In this document: piece after piece, positions 46,928 through 56,546 of the stretch
How positions within the stretch are numbered: the stretch's first letter is position 1
Layout: each line of letters begins with the position of its first letter
IMG/VR virus record: IMGVR_UViG_3300025276_000004
Span: 1 to 57,707 of that record
From: a virus
Taxonomy: Duplodnaviria; Caudoviricetes
Direction: 5' to 3' (one strand)
Length of the DNA stretch: 57,707 nucleotides
Notes under the pieces: generated by a model
Seen by the model: only the letters and a program-made list of their open reading frames with translations
Told to the model about the DNA's origin: nothing
The model's database searches: none
Program-made: the position numbers and the translations under genes

Positions 46928-48687
46928 TACTTGAATCCTCCTTTACTTAATTCTATTTGATATCCTGAGAGATCCCAATCTAAGGTCACTTCACCAGTTT
47001 GATTTGTAATTTTATAATTTAAAAACCTACCATTAAACCTAACGTCTGCTTTATAGTTCAGAGTTGTGTCAAAGTTGAGAGAAGGTTTAGATGAATAGTC
47101 TACAGACTGACCAACCTTGTCAGTACCATCATATGTAATAGTTGCCTTTGAAGGCCCATCAAATAACAATACCATACCAGCTACACTCTCAGTGTCAAAC
47201 TCAGGTGTTAAGGCTAGTCGTTGACGCTCAAGGAATGCACCATCCATAAAAGAACTCCCATCTACTCCTACAACTTTAGTAGGTGCAGCAAATAAAAGGT
47301 CATCTCTTGAAGGGTTAGCAGATATTGAGCCTGTTGGTAAATCTCTTTTTGTCCACACGTTGTTACGATAGTTCCAAACATAGATTGCAGAAGTAGACCA
47401 GAACCAAATCTCATCATACTTGTTGAACCTTACTTGTTTAATTGTAGTCCCATTCCTAAAGAAACTCCTTACTCTTCCACCGGATATGGAAGATATAGAT
47501 CCCGGATGTCCACCAAATGAATAGCAGTCATTACTACCATACACAATATGTTTACCATCTACTTCAAGAACACCATCAGTGTTGTTTACACCATAGTTAT
47601 TTGTAACAGTTGCTATTTGAAACGGTATGAGGGGTGAGCTTGTTTGTTGAATAGAGTGTATCGAAGAGTCTGTATATACATACAGAACACCTTGCAACTC
47701 TGCCATGTCTTTTATTGTACCAGTTGAGGCCAAGATGAACTCGTCAGCTGTGTTAGCTCCATTCTTAAACGGATTCCAATTCTCAGGGATTACTCCGGGA
47801 GCTGCAACATCTGATGTCCTAACTGTACCTGTAAGAGTACGTCCACCTGTCTCTTTAAGATTACCTGCAACTAGCAAGTTACCATAAGACCTGACAACAC
47901 CACAAGTTACTACAGCAATTGGAGCTGTTGTGACAAACGCTTTATACACAGTACCACCTGATGATGTATCTGGTGTAAAGCTAAATTGATTTGCTGAAAA
48001 ATTAACAGATGAAATTGTACCTATATTAGCTAGTGTTGCATCCGGTGATATAGCACCAGCTGAATTTATAGTCACTGTTTCTGTCTGTATAGGAGATGCT
48101 GTGTTTCTAGGCAGTGCTGTTATTTTAATAGATATAACATTACTACCAGTAGGTGCTGTAAAAACAGTGTTCTTTATTACTTTTGCTCCAGTAGAACCAT
48201 CATGTTCAAAAGAAGTCATCTCTTCTTCTACAGCATAGGAGTCCCATCCTGGGAGTTGAGTCACTGTTGTAATATCATCTTGTAGAAATACGGGGGTAGA
48301 GTTACCATTATTAAATATAATATGGTATCCACCATTAAATAGAGTGTGCTGCCAACTACCACCAGTAACATTACCAACGGGGTATGCACCACCAATTCCA
48401 TTAATAACATTAAAAGAACTGTCATATACAGAAAAGGTACAAGTTGTATTATTGTCTGTAATAACTACGTACCTATCACCAACTGTTGAAGGCCAATAGG
48501 CTATGTACTTTACATTTGAAAGTGAGGTTAGTTTGTTTACATTAGAGGGAAACCTTTTAATAGACCCATTTCTAAAACGTACATTGTTAACATCTGAGAA
48601 TACATTTGGAGGTAGCGACACTGCTGGAGTATCTAGCACAAGACCTGCTGATGCAAGGTCTGTGATTGGTATAATCTGTTGTGGCAT
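46927..48687 (-). CDS. Tail tubular protein B / stabilisation (nozzle) protein
   Basis: 586 aa beta-rich; NNVRF.NG.I N-terminus, EIWF, VWNY.NN.W patterns. Confidence 0.7.
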   Translation of the reverse strand: MPQQIIPITDLASAGLVLDTPAVSLPPNVFSDVNNVRFRNGSIKRFPSNVNKLTSLSNVKYIAYWPSTVGDRYVVITDNNTTCTFSVYDSSFNVINGIGGAYPVGNVTGGSWQHTLFNGGYHIIFNNGNSTPVFLQDDITTVTQLPGWDSYAVEEEMTSFEHDGSTGAKVIKNTVFTAPTGSNVISIKITALPRNTASPIQTETVTINSAGAISPDATLANIGTISSVNFSANQFSFTPDTSSGGTVYKAFVTTAPIAVVTCGVVRSYGNLLVAGNLKETGGRTLTGTVRTSDVAAPGVIPENWNPFKNGANTADEFILASTGTIKDMAELQGVLYVYTDSSIHSIQQTSSPLIPFQIATVTNNYGVNNTDGVLEVDGKHIVYGSNDCYSFGGHPGSISSISGGRVRSFFRNGTTIKQVRFNKYDEIWFWSTSAIYVWNYRNNVWTKRDLPTGSISANPSRDDLLFAAPTKVVGVDGSSFMDGAFLERQRLALTPEFDTESVAGMVLLFDGPSKATITYDGTDKVGQSVDYSSKPSLNFDTTLNYKADVRFNGRFLNYKITNQTGEVTLDWDLSGYQIELSKGGFK

Positions 48688-48714
48688 CGCTACCTCCTAT
48701 ATTAGTCTAACAAT

Positions 48715-50469
48715 TTACGCGCATTCTCGTTGCCCAGTATTCGGGTCAAAAAAACACGCCTCCGCTTTCGGAGTACTCTCCTCTGCAGGGATTTCAATCT
48801 CGCTCGTTGACGCCGCTTCTTCTTCCACGGCCTCATTAAAGATTCCGTACCTTTTTCCAGAGAGCCTAAATGTGGTACAGCCCTTGGCTCCCTCTTTCCA
48901 TGCCGTTTCGTAAACACGTTTGAAATCATCATATGTTACATCATCCCCTACATTACAGGTCTTAGAACATGCACTATCAATGTAGTGCTGGGCTAGAGTT
49001 AAAACAGCTAAGTGTTCATAAACGGAAATGTCATCTGCCTTTCGTCCAGAAACTCCTTTCGCGTAAGCGTAGTCCTCAACATCTTCGTAACGTGGTCCGT
49101 CAAAAGTCTGGATGGTACGCTGATACGAATGTGAAAACACTGGTTCAATTCCTCCACTGATATTATCCGCCACAAGGCTAATTGTACCCGTAGGAGCGAT
49201 AGAGGTAAGGTGCGAGTTACGAATTCCATGTTTGCGAATCTCCTTCTGTACGAATGCTGGGAGTGTACGAATGAAGTTACCCTTAAGGTACTCTTCACGA
49301 TACAATGGGAAGGCCCCTTTTTCTTCTGCTAGTTTAGCTGATGCAAAGTATGTGTTGTCTCGTAGACATGCAAATACTTTTTCCATCCATCGGAGAAAAG
49401 ACTTAGACCCGTATTCAAACCCAAGCATCTCACCTGCATTTGCTAGACCTGTTATCCCAAGTCCCATCCTACGTTTATCCTTTGCCTCATTCTCTTGCTC
49501 ACGTAAAGGGTATATAGTTCTGTCAACTACATTGTCTTGAGCCCGAACTACGTGTGGTATATCTTCTTTGAATTGATCAAAATTAAATGTGTACTTACCA
49601 CTGTCAGATTTATCTAGGTATCTTGTAAGATTAAAAGAACCTAAGAGACAAGCTCCGTAAGGTGGTAGTGGTTGCTCACCACATGGGTTAGTAGCTGCGA
49701 TGTCTTCACAGTAGTAAAGATTATTCATCTCTTGTATCCGGTCTATAAACAAGACTCCGGGTTCAGCCCAATCCCATGTAGACTCCATAGCTAGATCCCA
49801 TATCTCATTTGCAGAAACTGTATCATGTACAATACCATCAAAGATAAGATCAAAGCTATCATCCTCTTTAGACAATGCTTCCATAAATTCGTCAGTGATT
49901 CCTAGAGATATGTTAAAACCAGTAAGCTTATCAGAGTTACGTTTAGCAGTAATGAAGTCAACAATATCTGGGTGGTCAATACGTAAGACACCCATTTGAG
50001 CACCACGCCTGTGACCGCTGCTACTAATGGTCTGGCATACTGCATCAAAGATAGACATAAAAGATATAGGCCCAGATGCTTGGCTCTCCAAGGATTTAAT
50101 TGTATTTCCCTTAGGGCGAACTTTAGAGAAATCATAACCGATACCTCCTCCTCTTCTCATAGTCTCTGCTGCTTCTTTAGCACGATCCATAATAGAATCC
50201 ATACTATCCTTTATCTCCCCTGAGACAAAACAATTATAAGCAGTAACTAACTTGTTGGCTCCCATAGCAGATTGTACTCTACCAGCTGGGAGAAATCTCA
50301 TGTTACCAAAGATATCTTCTAGAATCCATTGGTGTTCTGCACTATCACATAGGGACCGAGCAAGACGTTTCACCTTACCATCGAAAGTCTCTCCTTGTTG
50401 TCTGTACTTCATTGCATCTAATTCTTCAGACAGAGGTGTAGATGGCCCCTCATAAGTGATGTTTCGCAT
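48715..50469 (-). CDS. nrdJ: Class II (adenosylcobalamin-dependent) ribonucleotide reductase
   Basis: FLPAGR, YNCFV, GGGIGYDFS, RRGAQM, TNPCGEQPL, RRMGLG, IAPTGTIS, SKT.N; no small-subunit gene seen. Confidence 0.88.
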   Translation of the reverse strand: MRNITYEGPSTPLSEELDAMKYRQQGETFDGKVKRLARSLCDSAEHQWILEDIFGNMRFLPAGRVQSAMGANKLVTAYNCFVSGEIKDSMDSIMDRAKEAAETMRRGGGIGYDFSKVRPKGNTIKSLESQASGPISFMSIFDAVCQTISSSGHRRGAQMGVLRIDHPDIVDFITAKRNSDKLTGFNISLGITDEFMEALSKEDDSFDLIFDGIVHDTVSANEIWDLAMESTWDWAEPGVLFIDRIQEMNNLYYCEDIAATNPCGEQPLPPYGACLLGSFNLTRYLDKSDSGKYTFNFDQFKEDIPHVVRAQDNVVDRTIYPLREQENEAKDKRRMGLGITGLANAGEMLGFEYGSKSFLRWMEKVFACLRDNTYFASAKLAEEKGAFPLYREEYLKGNFIRTLPAFVQKEIRKHGIRNSHLTSIAPTGTISLVADNISGGIEPVFSHSYQRTIQTFDGPRYEDVEDYAYAKGVSGRKADDISVYEHLAVLTLAQHYIDSACSKTCNVGDDVTYDDFKRVYETAWKEGAKGCTTFRLSGKRYGIFNEAVEEEAASTSEIEIPAEESTPKAEACFFDPNTGQRECA

Positions 50470-50527
50470 GTATATCCTCTTACTATTTTTATTGTTAAGT
50501 TAACTTGAAGGGAGATCATAAGACCTC

Positions 50528-50545
50528 CCTATAAGGAACTTAGAG
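50528..50545 (-). promoter_or_regulatory. T7-like phage promoter (class L) upstream of nrdJ
   Basis: CTCTAAGTTCCTTATAGG; the transcript would begin with hairpin GGGAGGTC-TAT-GATCTCCC, like T7 late leaders. Confidence 0.8.
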
Positions 50546-50550
50546 AATTC

Positions 50551-51066
50551 TTACTTTGAGTTGTAAGGATTTCTAAATTTAGCTAGTGATCCACCAAAGT
50601 AGAATGATACAATAGCAATCATTGTTTCACTCATCACAGCAAACCAAGTCAATGGGATACCACTAGATGTGATCACTGTCTTTACGTTCTGAACAGTTGC
50701 ACCAATCCCTAAGAACCCACCAGAAGTTTCCTTCGTATCATAGATCTCAAACCACACTATGTCAGGTTGTAAAGCTAAGAAGTAGGCTACCAGCACAAAG
50801 GATGTTATTACAGCATACACTATAAACCTTCGCGTAGTAGACCTGTGCGGGTCTGTCTTTGAGACTGCCTTTTCAAACTTAGCTTTAGCCTGTAGTAATT
50901 GTATTTCTTTATCTATCTTTAAGACTTCGTTGTTAGATTGCTTTGATAGCATATCCATTGTGTGCTTACGTTCAGCTGCAGCTATCTCATTTCTTTGTGC
51001 CAGAAACTTAAAGAGAAAGCCAGAGATGGCAGAGACTCCCCCAGTTATCATTGTTGTTGAAATCAT
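50551..51066 (-). CDS. Membrane protein (holin-like)
   Basis: Several hydrophobic helices, TRRFI, IVSFYFG motif. Confidence 0.6.
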   Translation of the reverse strand: MISTTMITGGVSAISGFLFKFLAQRNEIAAAERKHTMDMLSKQSNNEVLKIDKEIQLLQAKAKFEKAVSKTDPHRSTTRRFIVYAVITSFVLVAYFLALQPDIVWFEIYDTKETSGGFLGIGATVQNVKTVITSSGIPLTWFAVMSETMIAIVSFYFGGSLAKFRNPYNSK

Positions 51067-51084
51067 TCTACCATCTCCTCTTAA

Positions 51085-51327
51085 TTAACTTTCGTCAGGT
51101 TCGTCAGATAACACTGCATCTTCTGGTTCGTTTGACATATCGGATGTCAACATATCAACAAAAGCTTTCTTGCCTACCGATAGTTGATCAAGGTTAAATT
51201 GAGTAGAGTTAATCTTACGATCTAAATCTGATATATGATTAACCATCATCTTTTGATTATCTGTTAGTTGATCCTCAGTGTAGTCTACATCGTTAATAGT
51301 AATGACTTGTGTTTTTTTCTCGGTCAT
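51085..51327 (-). CDS. Hypothetical tail-associated protein
   Basis: ITINDVDY..DQL, coiled coil, FNLDQL. Confidence 0.65.
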   Translation of the reverse strand: MTEKKTQVITINDVDYTEDQLTDNQKMMVNHISDLDRKINSTQFNLDQLSVGKKAFVDMLTSDMSNEPEDAVLSDEPDES

Positions 51328-51344
51328 ATTATTTTCCTTTTAAA

Positions 51345-51803
51345 TTATATTGTTGATGGTGCTTCTGTAAAAGCTTTGTATGCGTCTTTAACTGCATCAG
51401 TCCAAGCTGCGTTTGCTATAGCTTGTACCTGTGCTGCTTCACCACTAATGTCAGTCGCTGTGTGCGCCCAACTTTCTGCAACAGCAACTACAGCTTCTAC
51501 TGCCGCTACTGCTTCTACTGCAGCCTTCGCCTCTGTGGTAACATTACCATCAGAATCTTTCACTTCCTCTACTGCATCGGCAGCTTCTACTGCTTCTACC
51601 GCTTCTACAGCAACTACAGCTTCTGTCTTTGCTGAAGAGAAAGGTTGTAGTACGTGCCTATGAAAGCTTCGAGATAGCTCTGTCTTAGAACCATCGGCCT
51701 TTTCTTCGCTGACTATACTTGCGGCTCTCACCTGTATATGCCACGAATTAACGACCTCGATTTTATCATAGTCTATTGTTTTAGTTAAGTCTCCGTTTGC
51801 CAT
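51345..51803 (-). CDS. Tail fibre partner/chaperone-like protein with an AVE-repeat insertion
   Basis: DKIEV..IQVR..ELSRSFHRHVL.P ... DISGE...VQAIANAAWT; directly follows the tail fibre array. Confidence 0.65.
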   Translation of the reverse strand: MANGDLTKTIDYDKIEVVNSWHIQVRAASIVSEEKADGSKTELSRSFHRHVLQPFSSAKTEAVVAVEAVEAVEAADAVEEVKDSDGNVTTEAKAAVEAVAAVEAVVAVAESWAHTATDISGEAAQVQAIANAAWTDAVKDAYKAFTEAPSTI

Positions 51804-51839
51804 GTTGGCCTCCTGTTTTTACCGTGGCGTAATTGCCAC

Positions 51840-51867
51840 CTGTCTGACCCTGCTATCCTACAGAGTT
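51840..51867 (-). promoter_or_regulatory. Conserved post-tail-fibre hairpin element, copy C
   Basis: AACTCTGT-AGGATA-GCAGGGT-CAGACAG. Confidence 0.65.
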
Positions 51868-54481
51868 AAGGTGTTGTGTATTGACCAGCTACCCTAAGTT
51901 GTTTGCCTGAATAATTAGCATTTGTAGCACCTTGATTAAGGTTGTTTTGAACGAATAAGTACTGAGTATTTCTACCCACAGCAACTGAATCATTTCTTCC
52001 AGAAGTAGTTGTTGTAATAGCTCCACCACCTGTATTATCGCCACTGCTTTTTGCAACAAATGGAATTCTTAACTTTATATCAGCCGTGTTACTTGTTGTT
52101 GGAAAAACTATACCAAACTCAAAGAAAACTTGGTTTCCAATTTTGGTGTAAGTAGCAACATACACAGTAATTGACAGCCCTGCTCCAGATTGGTCTGATA
52201 ATGTATAAGTGCCTTCTTCGTAGTCATCCAGCGTGTTTGCTGCTACGTTAGTTGTAGCTCCTAAGACAACGCCCTTACCAGCTGTGCCGAATATAAGATC
52301 ACCTGTTTTTACGGTAACATCACCGCCTGATGCTATGTTAAACCGTTCTACACGCCCAGTGTACAACTGATCAGAAGGTAAAAAACCAGTGTCAAAAGAG
52401 ATTTGTCCCTTTGCTGATATAGTCAGTGCGCCATTGTCAACACCAATTCCAGCGTGACCAACATTGCCGTTACCTTGATCAGAAATAATACGTATGCCCG
52501 TTGCATCGGTATTTTGTATAACTAGCCCGTCAAATTGCAAAGGCGTAACTATAGCCGCTGATCCTTTTCTTATATTAACCTGTCCTAAATTACTAAGCCG
52601 CATACGTTCTTCATTATTTGTATGGAATAACATATCAGCGTTTTCAAACTGAGTAAGTGAACAAGATTTATCTCCATTAGCAGCATTCGGAGTGACTTGA
52701 ATTGCAAAGCCATTGTTGGCACCAGCTCCAGTTTCATTGCTAGTTAACTGTATGGCCGCCCTACCATTATCTGTTGTGTTGTGTACCTGAAGTTGTCCAC
52801 GAGCAGAGGGAGAAAAAACACCAATCCCAACTTTTCCATCTGCTTTTACAGCTAGACCAGACGTATTCCCAGCATTTGACCTAACTGTTAATGCATAGTC
52901 TGCTGCTGCGGTACTGCCTACTACGATTGATACGCCATCACCATTTGATGTATTCGATTGTGTAAATTCAGCCGCAAAAACATTGTCGTTAGTTACTACA
53001 TCGATCTTGGCGCTCGGTGAGTTTGTGCCAATCCCAAGATTACCGCTGGTACTTAGTGTCATTTGGGGTGCAGCATTGTTAGTAGCAAAGCCTAAGTTGT
53101 GGTTGGTCTCTGTAAAGATAGAGCCAATGCCACCTTCTTCACTGCGTATCCAAGTCTTGACCACAGTACCATCAGACTTCTTGGAAGAAGAGAGATAACC
53201 AGCCCGAGTGTTGTTATTTGTGGATGTTACAGTAACGTAATTGTTAGCCGCTGTACTGACCCCTAGGGTGCCACTAAAAGTAGCCGCACCAGCAGCGTCT
53301 ATTGTTAATCTATCATTATTGCCACCTGTACCAAAAACTAAAGAATCTGAAGTACCTGTGTGCATAATTACTTGATTAGCAGTATCATTTCTTATTACTA
53401 AAGAGCCTGAATTAAGACCACTAAATCTAGCTACATCATTTCCTGTTGCGGAAACATCAAAAAACCCTGCTGAGTCAATTACTAATCTTTGTGTTCCAGC
53501 AGTTGATATTGCAATAGAATTGATGGCTGGAAATGATATGCCTGTGTCAAGATCACCTGTGTTTGCAATTGAAGGCGAACTAACAGAGCCATCTGAAACA
53601 CTCAGGACACCAGTCATCGCACCGCCAGCTTTAGGTAATGCAGCGTTAGCTGTGGTAGTCGTACTGGTTAATACTGCATCACGGGTGGCTATATCCACAC
53701 CATCAAACGTGGAGTTAGTTGTCACTGCGCCTGTTAAGGCACCTCCAGCTTTAGGGAGTGCAGCACCAGCTGTGGTAGTAGTGCTTGTTAACACAGCGTC
53801 ACGAGTAGCCACATCCACTCCGTCAAACGTAGAGTTTGTGGTAATCGCACCAGTCATTGCCCCACCTGCTAAAGGTAGTTTTGTAGAGTCTGTAGTTGAA
53901 TCTGTTGCCCAAGACAACACACCTGATCCATCAGTCTTTAAGAATTGATTAGCATTACCATCATCATTTGGGAAAGTTAATGTGTAACTTGCGTTAGCCG
54001 AATGTGGGGGTGCCTTAAGTTTAATACCATGAGAGTTCTGAGAGCAATTTAATTGTATGTAACCATCTTGGGAACTACCATCACCTTTAGCTGTAAAGCT
54101 TGGGGTGCTACTAGTAGATACAATTGGTATCGTATCTAGCTTTGCACCATCTACAGATACATCCCGACCATCTACTGTGTTGGTAACAACTAGTGTATCA
54201 ACAGTAGTAGTACCAGTGAATGATTGATTGGCTATAGTAAAAGTTTCAAAGGCTACCATCTCTAAGATATCATTAAGTGCAGCACCAGTAGCTAATACAA
54301 TATCGCTACCATTAGTTGCGGTAAAGTCAGCTGCTGCTAATTTTACACCATTCAGGTACACATCTAAATGATCTATCTGATAACCAGAAGTACCAAAAGA
54401 TGTTTGACCATTGGTAGCCGTAAAGCTCTCCCTTGTTTGTGTTGTTTGTGGGACTGGCAGTACGCCTATATATCCTGACAT
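51866..54481 (-). CDS. Tail fibre protein TF3
   Basis: 871 aa; ATNGQTSF..DVYLNGVKL N-terminal module, 40-aa repeats, GNLGIGT..P repeats, C-terminal LDDYEEGT domain. Confidence 0.85.
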   Translation of the reverse strand: MSGYIGVLPVPQTTQTRESFTATNGQTSFGTSGYQIDHLDVYLNGVKLAAADFTATNGSDIVLATGAALNDILEMVAFETFTIANQSFTGTTTVDTLVVTNTVDGRDVSVDGAKLDTIPIVSTSSTPSFTAKGDGSSQDGYIQLNCSQNSHGIKLKAPPHSANASYTLTFPNDDGNANQFLKTDGSGVLSWATDSTTDSTKLPLAGGAMTGAITTNSTFDGVDVATRDAVLTSTTTTAGAALPKAGGALTGAVTTNSTFDGVDIATRDAVLTSTTTTANAALPKAGGAMTGVLSVSDGSVSSPSIANTGDLDTGISFPAINSIAISTAGTQRLVIDSAGFFDVSATGNDVARFSGLNSGSLVIRNDTANQVIMHTGTSDSLVFGTGGNNDRLTIDAAGAATFSGTLGVSTAANNYVTVTSTNNNTRAGYLSSSKKSDGTVVKTWIRSEEGGIGSIFTETNHNLGFATNNAAPQMTLSTSGNLGIGTNSPSAKIDVVTNDNVFAAEFTQSNTSNGDGVSIVVGSTAAADYALTVRSNAGNTSGLAVKADGKVGIGVFSPSARGQLQVHNTTDNGRAAIQLTSNETGAGANNGFAIQVTPNAANGDKSCSLTQFENADMLFHTNNEERMRLSNLGQVNIRKGSAAIVTPLQFDGLVIQNTDATGIRIISDQGNGNVGHAGIGVDNGALTISAKGQISFDTGFLPSDQLYTGRVERFNIASGGDVTVKTGDLIFGTAGKGVVLGATTNVAANTLDDYEEGTYTLSDQSGAGLSITVYVATYTKIGNQVFFEFGIVFPTTSNTADIKLRIPFVAKSSGDNTGGGAITTTTSGRNDSVAVGRNTQYLFVQNNLNQGATNANYSGKQLRVAGQYTTP

Positions 54482-54505
54482 GTCATGCCTCCTTTATAAT
54501 TTGTT

Positions 54506-54533
54506 CTGTCCGACCCTGTGATCTAACAGGGCT
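54506..54533 (-). promoter_or_regulatory. Conserved post-tail-fibre hairpin element, copy B
   Basis: AGCCCTGT-TAGATC-ACAGGGT-CGGACAG. Confidence 0.65.
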
Positions 54534-54539
54534 AATTTG

Positions 54540-56486
54540 TTATGAATTTGTAACGTATGTACCTGAGACCATTAAATATTTAGAGTTGCCATTAACATAG
54601 GTTGAACTAGCTGTTACTCCGGGATTGTTAAATACCACAGTTGTTCCGTTTGGGCCATGATAACCCATTGTCCCTACAGTAGTTGACCCGCCAAAGTAAG
54701 TATTGTGTGCAATATTAATAGGTGTATAAGCGGAAACATCATTATAAACAGTAAATGGAAGTCCCGTAATTGCGGCGGTTCCACTTGCACTAGAAATATT
54801 AGATGCTTCACTGTAAAAAGTCCAAAACACCATAGAGCCAACCTTAATATAATATCCCCTAGTACTTCCACCGCCAATAGTAGCACCACTGTATCCAACT
54901 GTGAAAGAACCTTTTTCATAATCATCCAGCTTATTAGCAGTCCCATTGCCGCCAAGGAAAACACCGCCTGATAGGTATAGGTCTTTGAAGCGGTTGTTAG
55001 TAGCACCTAATGTTACTTCATCATCACGAGTAGATCCATTTCCAGCACTGGGATATAAAGTATTAGTACCAAAAGCTATTCCGCCATGACCGCTGGCACC
55101 ACGAATAAATAGGTTATCACTAAACTCAACCCCAAACTCCCCCACAGCGTTGCCAGCTTTTTCGAATAACTGAATAGTACCATCATTACTGCCTAAACGA
55201 TTGATTATTGAACACGTAGTATTGTTTACAGTTGTAAGATGTCTACCACTTGCAAGAAATTCATTACCCACTACAGCCCCATTAGAAGTTGCTTTGCCCG
55301 CCAGCACGTTAGAAGAGGAGTCAATATATAACGCGCCTGATGCACCACCTGCACCACGTTCTATTTCTATTCCAGTAGAGTTTGTGGTATCATCTCTTAT
55401 TATGAAGTTACCATTAGCATTTCCCCATCCTGAAGTACCACCTGCCGCAGCTAAATGCCACTGTGATTGTACTGATGAATGATTATTTTTAAGCATAAGA
55501 GCTGTTTGATATGCACTTACACCCTCAATTAAAGCGATAGCCTGTCCTGTTGAATACAAATGTAACTTTTGTGCTGGGGCAGCTATGCCAACCCCAACAT
55601 TTCCTGTGGGGAAATAAGAGACAGTTGGGCTTAACCTTAATGTTTCTGTTACAGCATTATTATAAAATCTAAAAGAAGTGTCAGGGTGATTGTAGACTAG
55701 CTGACCTGATATGTAGCTATTTCCACTTGATGACCCGTCAGAAAACATAACAGCGCCATCTTGGTTTGAGGCAGAGACAACAGTCATACCACTTCTTTGA
55801 TTAGTGCCAGTTCCTCCAATTATTAACTCATTGGCATTGGGGTGGGCGTTTCCGCTAGTAGCAGAGCCAATAATAACAGTTCCTGTCACAGTGCCACCAG
55901 CCTTTGGCAAGGCAGCATTAGCAGTATTTGTAGTAGTCGTTAGCACAGAGTCACGAGTAGCAATATCTACTCCATCAAATGTAGAGTTAGTCGTAATAGC
56001 CCCAGTCATTGCACCACCTGCTTTAGGTAATGCAGCGTTAGCTGTGGTAGTTGTAGATGTTAGGACTGAATTCCTGGCTCCCACATCTACCCCATCAAAC
56101 GTAGAGTTAGTAGTGATGGCACCAGTCATGGCACCACCTTCTCTAGATAAAGCACTGTTCGCATTGTTTAAAGCGGCAGTCGCAGTAGTTGTCGTAGATG
56201 ATAGTATTCCATCTCTTGTTGCTATATCTACCCCATCGAATGTAGAGTTAGTTGTGATAGCCCCAGTCATAGCACCACCTGCTTTAGGTAATGCAGCTGT
56301 CGCTTTGGTTGTTGTATCCGTAAGTACAGCATCCCTAGCAGATACATCTACACCATCTACTAGGTTAGTTCCCATAGCCAGATTACCTGTCATGGTTCCA
56401 CCAGCTCTAGCAAGTGCTGCATCTGCAGTGGTGGTAGTGGATGTTAATGTCACACCACTGCTTGCTAAGTCTCTTGCTTTAGTCAT
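54540..56486 (-). CDS. Tail fibre protein TF2
   Basis: 648 aa; MTKARDLA start, four ~40-aa repeats, FKDLYLSGGV and LDDYEKG C-terminal domain. Confidence 0.85.
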   Translation of the reverse strand: MTKARDLASSGVTLTSTTTTADAALARAGGTMTGNLAMGTNLVDGVDVSARDAVLTDTTTKATAALPKAGGAMTGAITTNSTFDGVDIATRDGILSSTTTTATAALNNANSALSREGGAMTGAITTNSTFDGVDVGARNSVLTSTTTTANAALPKAGGAMTGAITTNSTFDGVDIATRDSVLTTTTNTANAALPKAGGTVTGTVIIGSATSGNAHPNANELIIGGTGTNQRSGMTVVSASNQDGAVMFSDGSSSGNSYISGQLVYNHPDTSFRFYNNAVTETLRLSPTVSYFPTGNVGVGIAAPAQKLHLYSTGQAIALIEGVSAYQTALMLKNNHSSVQSQWHLAAAGGTSGWGNANGNFIIRDDTTNSTGIEIERGAGGASGALYIDSSSNVLAGKATSNGAVVGNEFLASGRHLTTVNNTTCSIINRLGSNDGTIQLFEKAGNAVGEFGVEFSDNLFIRGASGHGGIAFGTNTLYPSAGNGSTRDDEVTLGATNNRFKDLYLSGGVFLGGNGTANKLDDYEKGSFTVGYSGATIGGGSTRGYYIKVGSMVFWTFYSEASNISSASGTAAITGLPFTVYNDVSAYTPINIAHNTYFGGSTTVGTMGYHGPNGTTVVFNNPGVTASSTYVNGNSKYLMVSGTYVTNS

Positions 56487-56512
56487 ATGTTAAGTCTCCT
56501 TTATAATTTGGA

Positions 56513-56540
56513 CTGTCTGACCCTGTAATCCAACAGGGTT
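56513..56540 (-). promoter_or_regulatory. Conserved post-tail-fibre hairpin element, copy A
   Basis: AACCCTGT-TGGATT-ACAGGGT-CAGACAG. Confidence 0.65.
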
Positions 56541-56546
56541 ATGTTA

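Noticed and set aside
51840-56540. Diversity-generating retroelement or invertase shufflon acting on the tail fibres
   Set aside because: No reverse transcriptase, no template/variable repeat pair differing at adenines, no recombinase, and all elements are in direct orientation
51804-56546. Stop-codon readthrough fusing consecutive fibre genes via the conserved hairpin
   Set aside because: Gaps between stop and next start are 60, 58 and 62 nt, so the reading-frame relationship is not conserved
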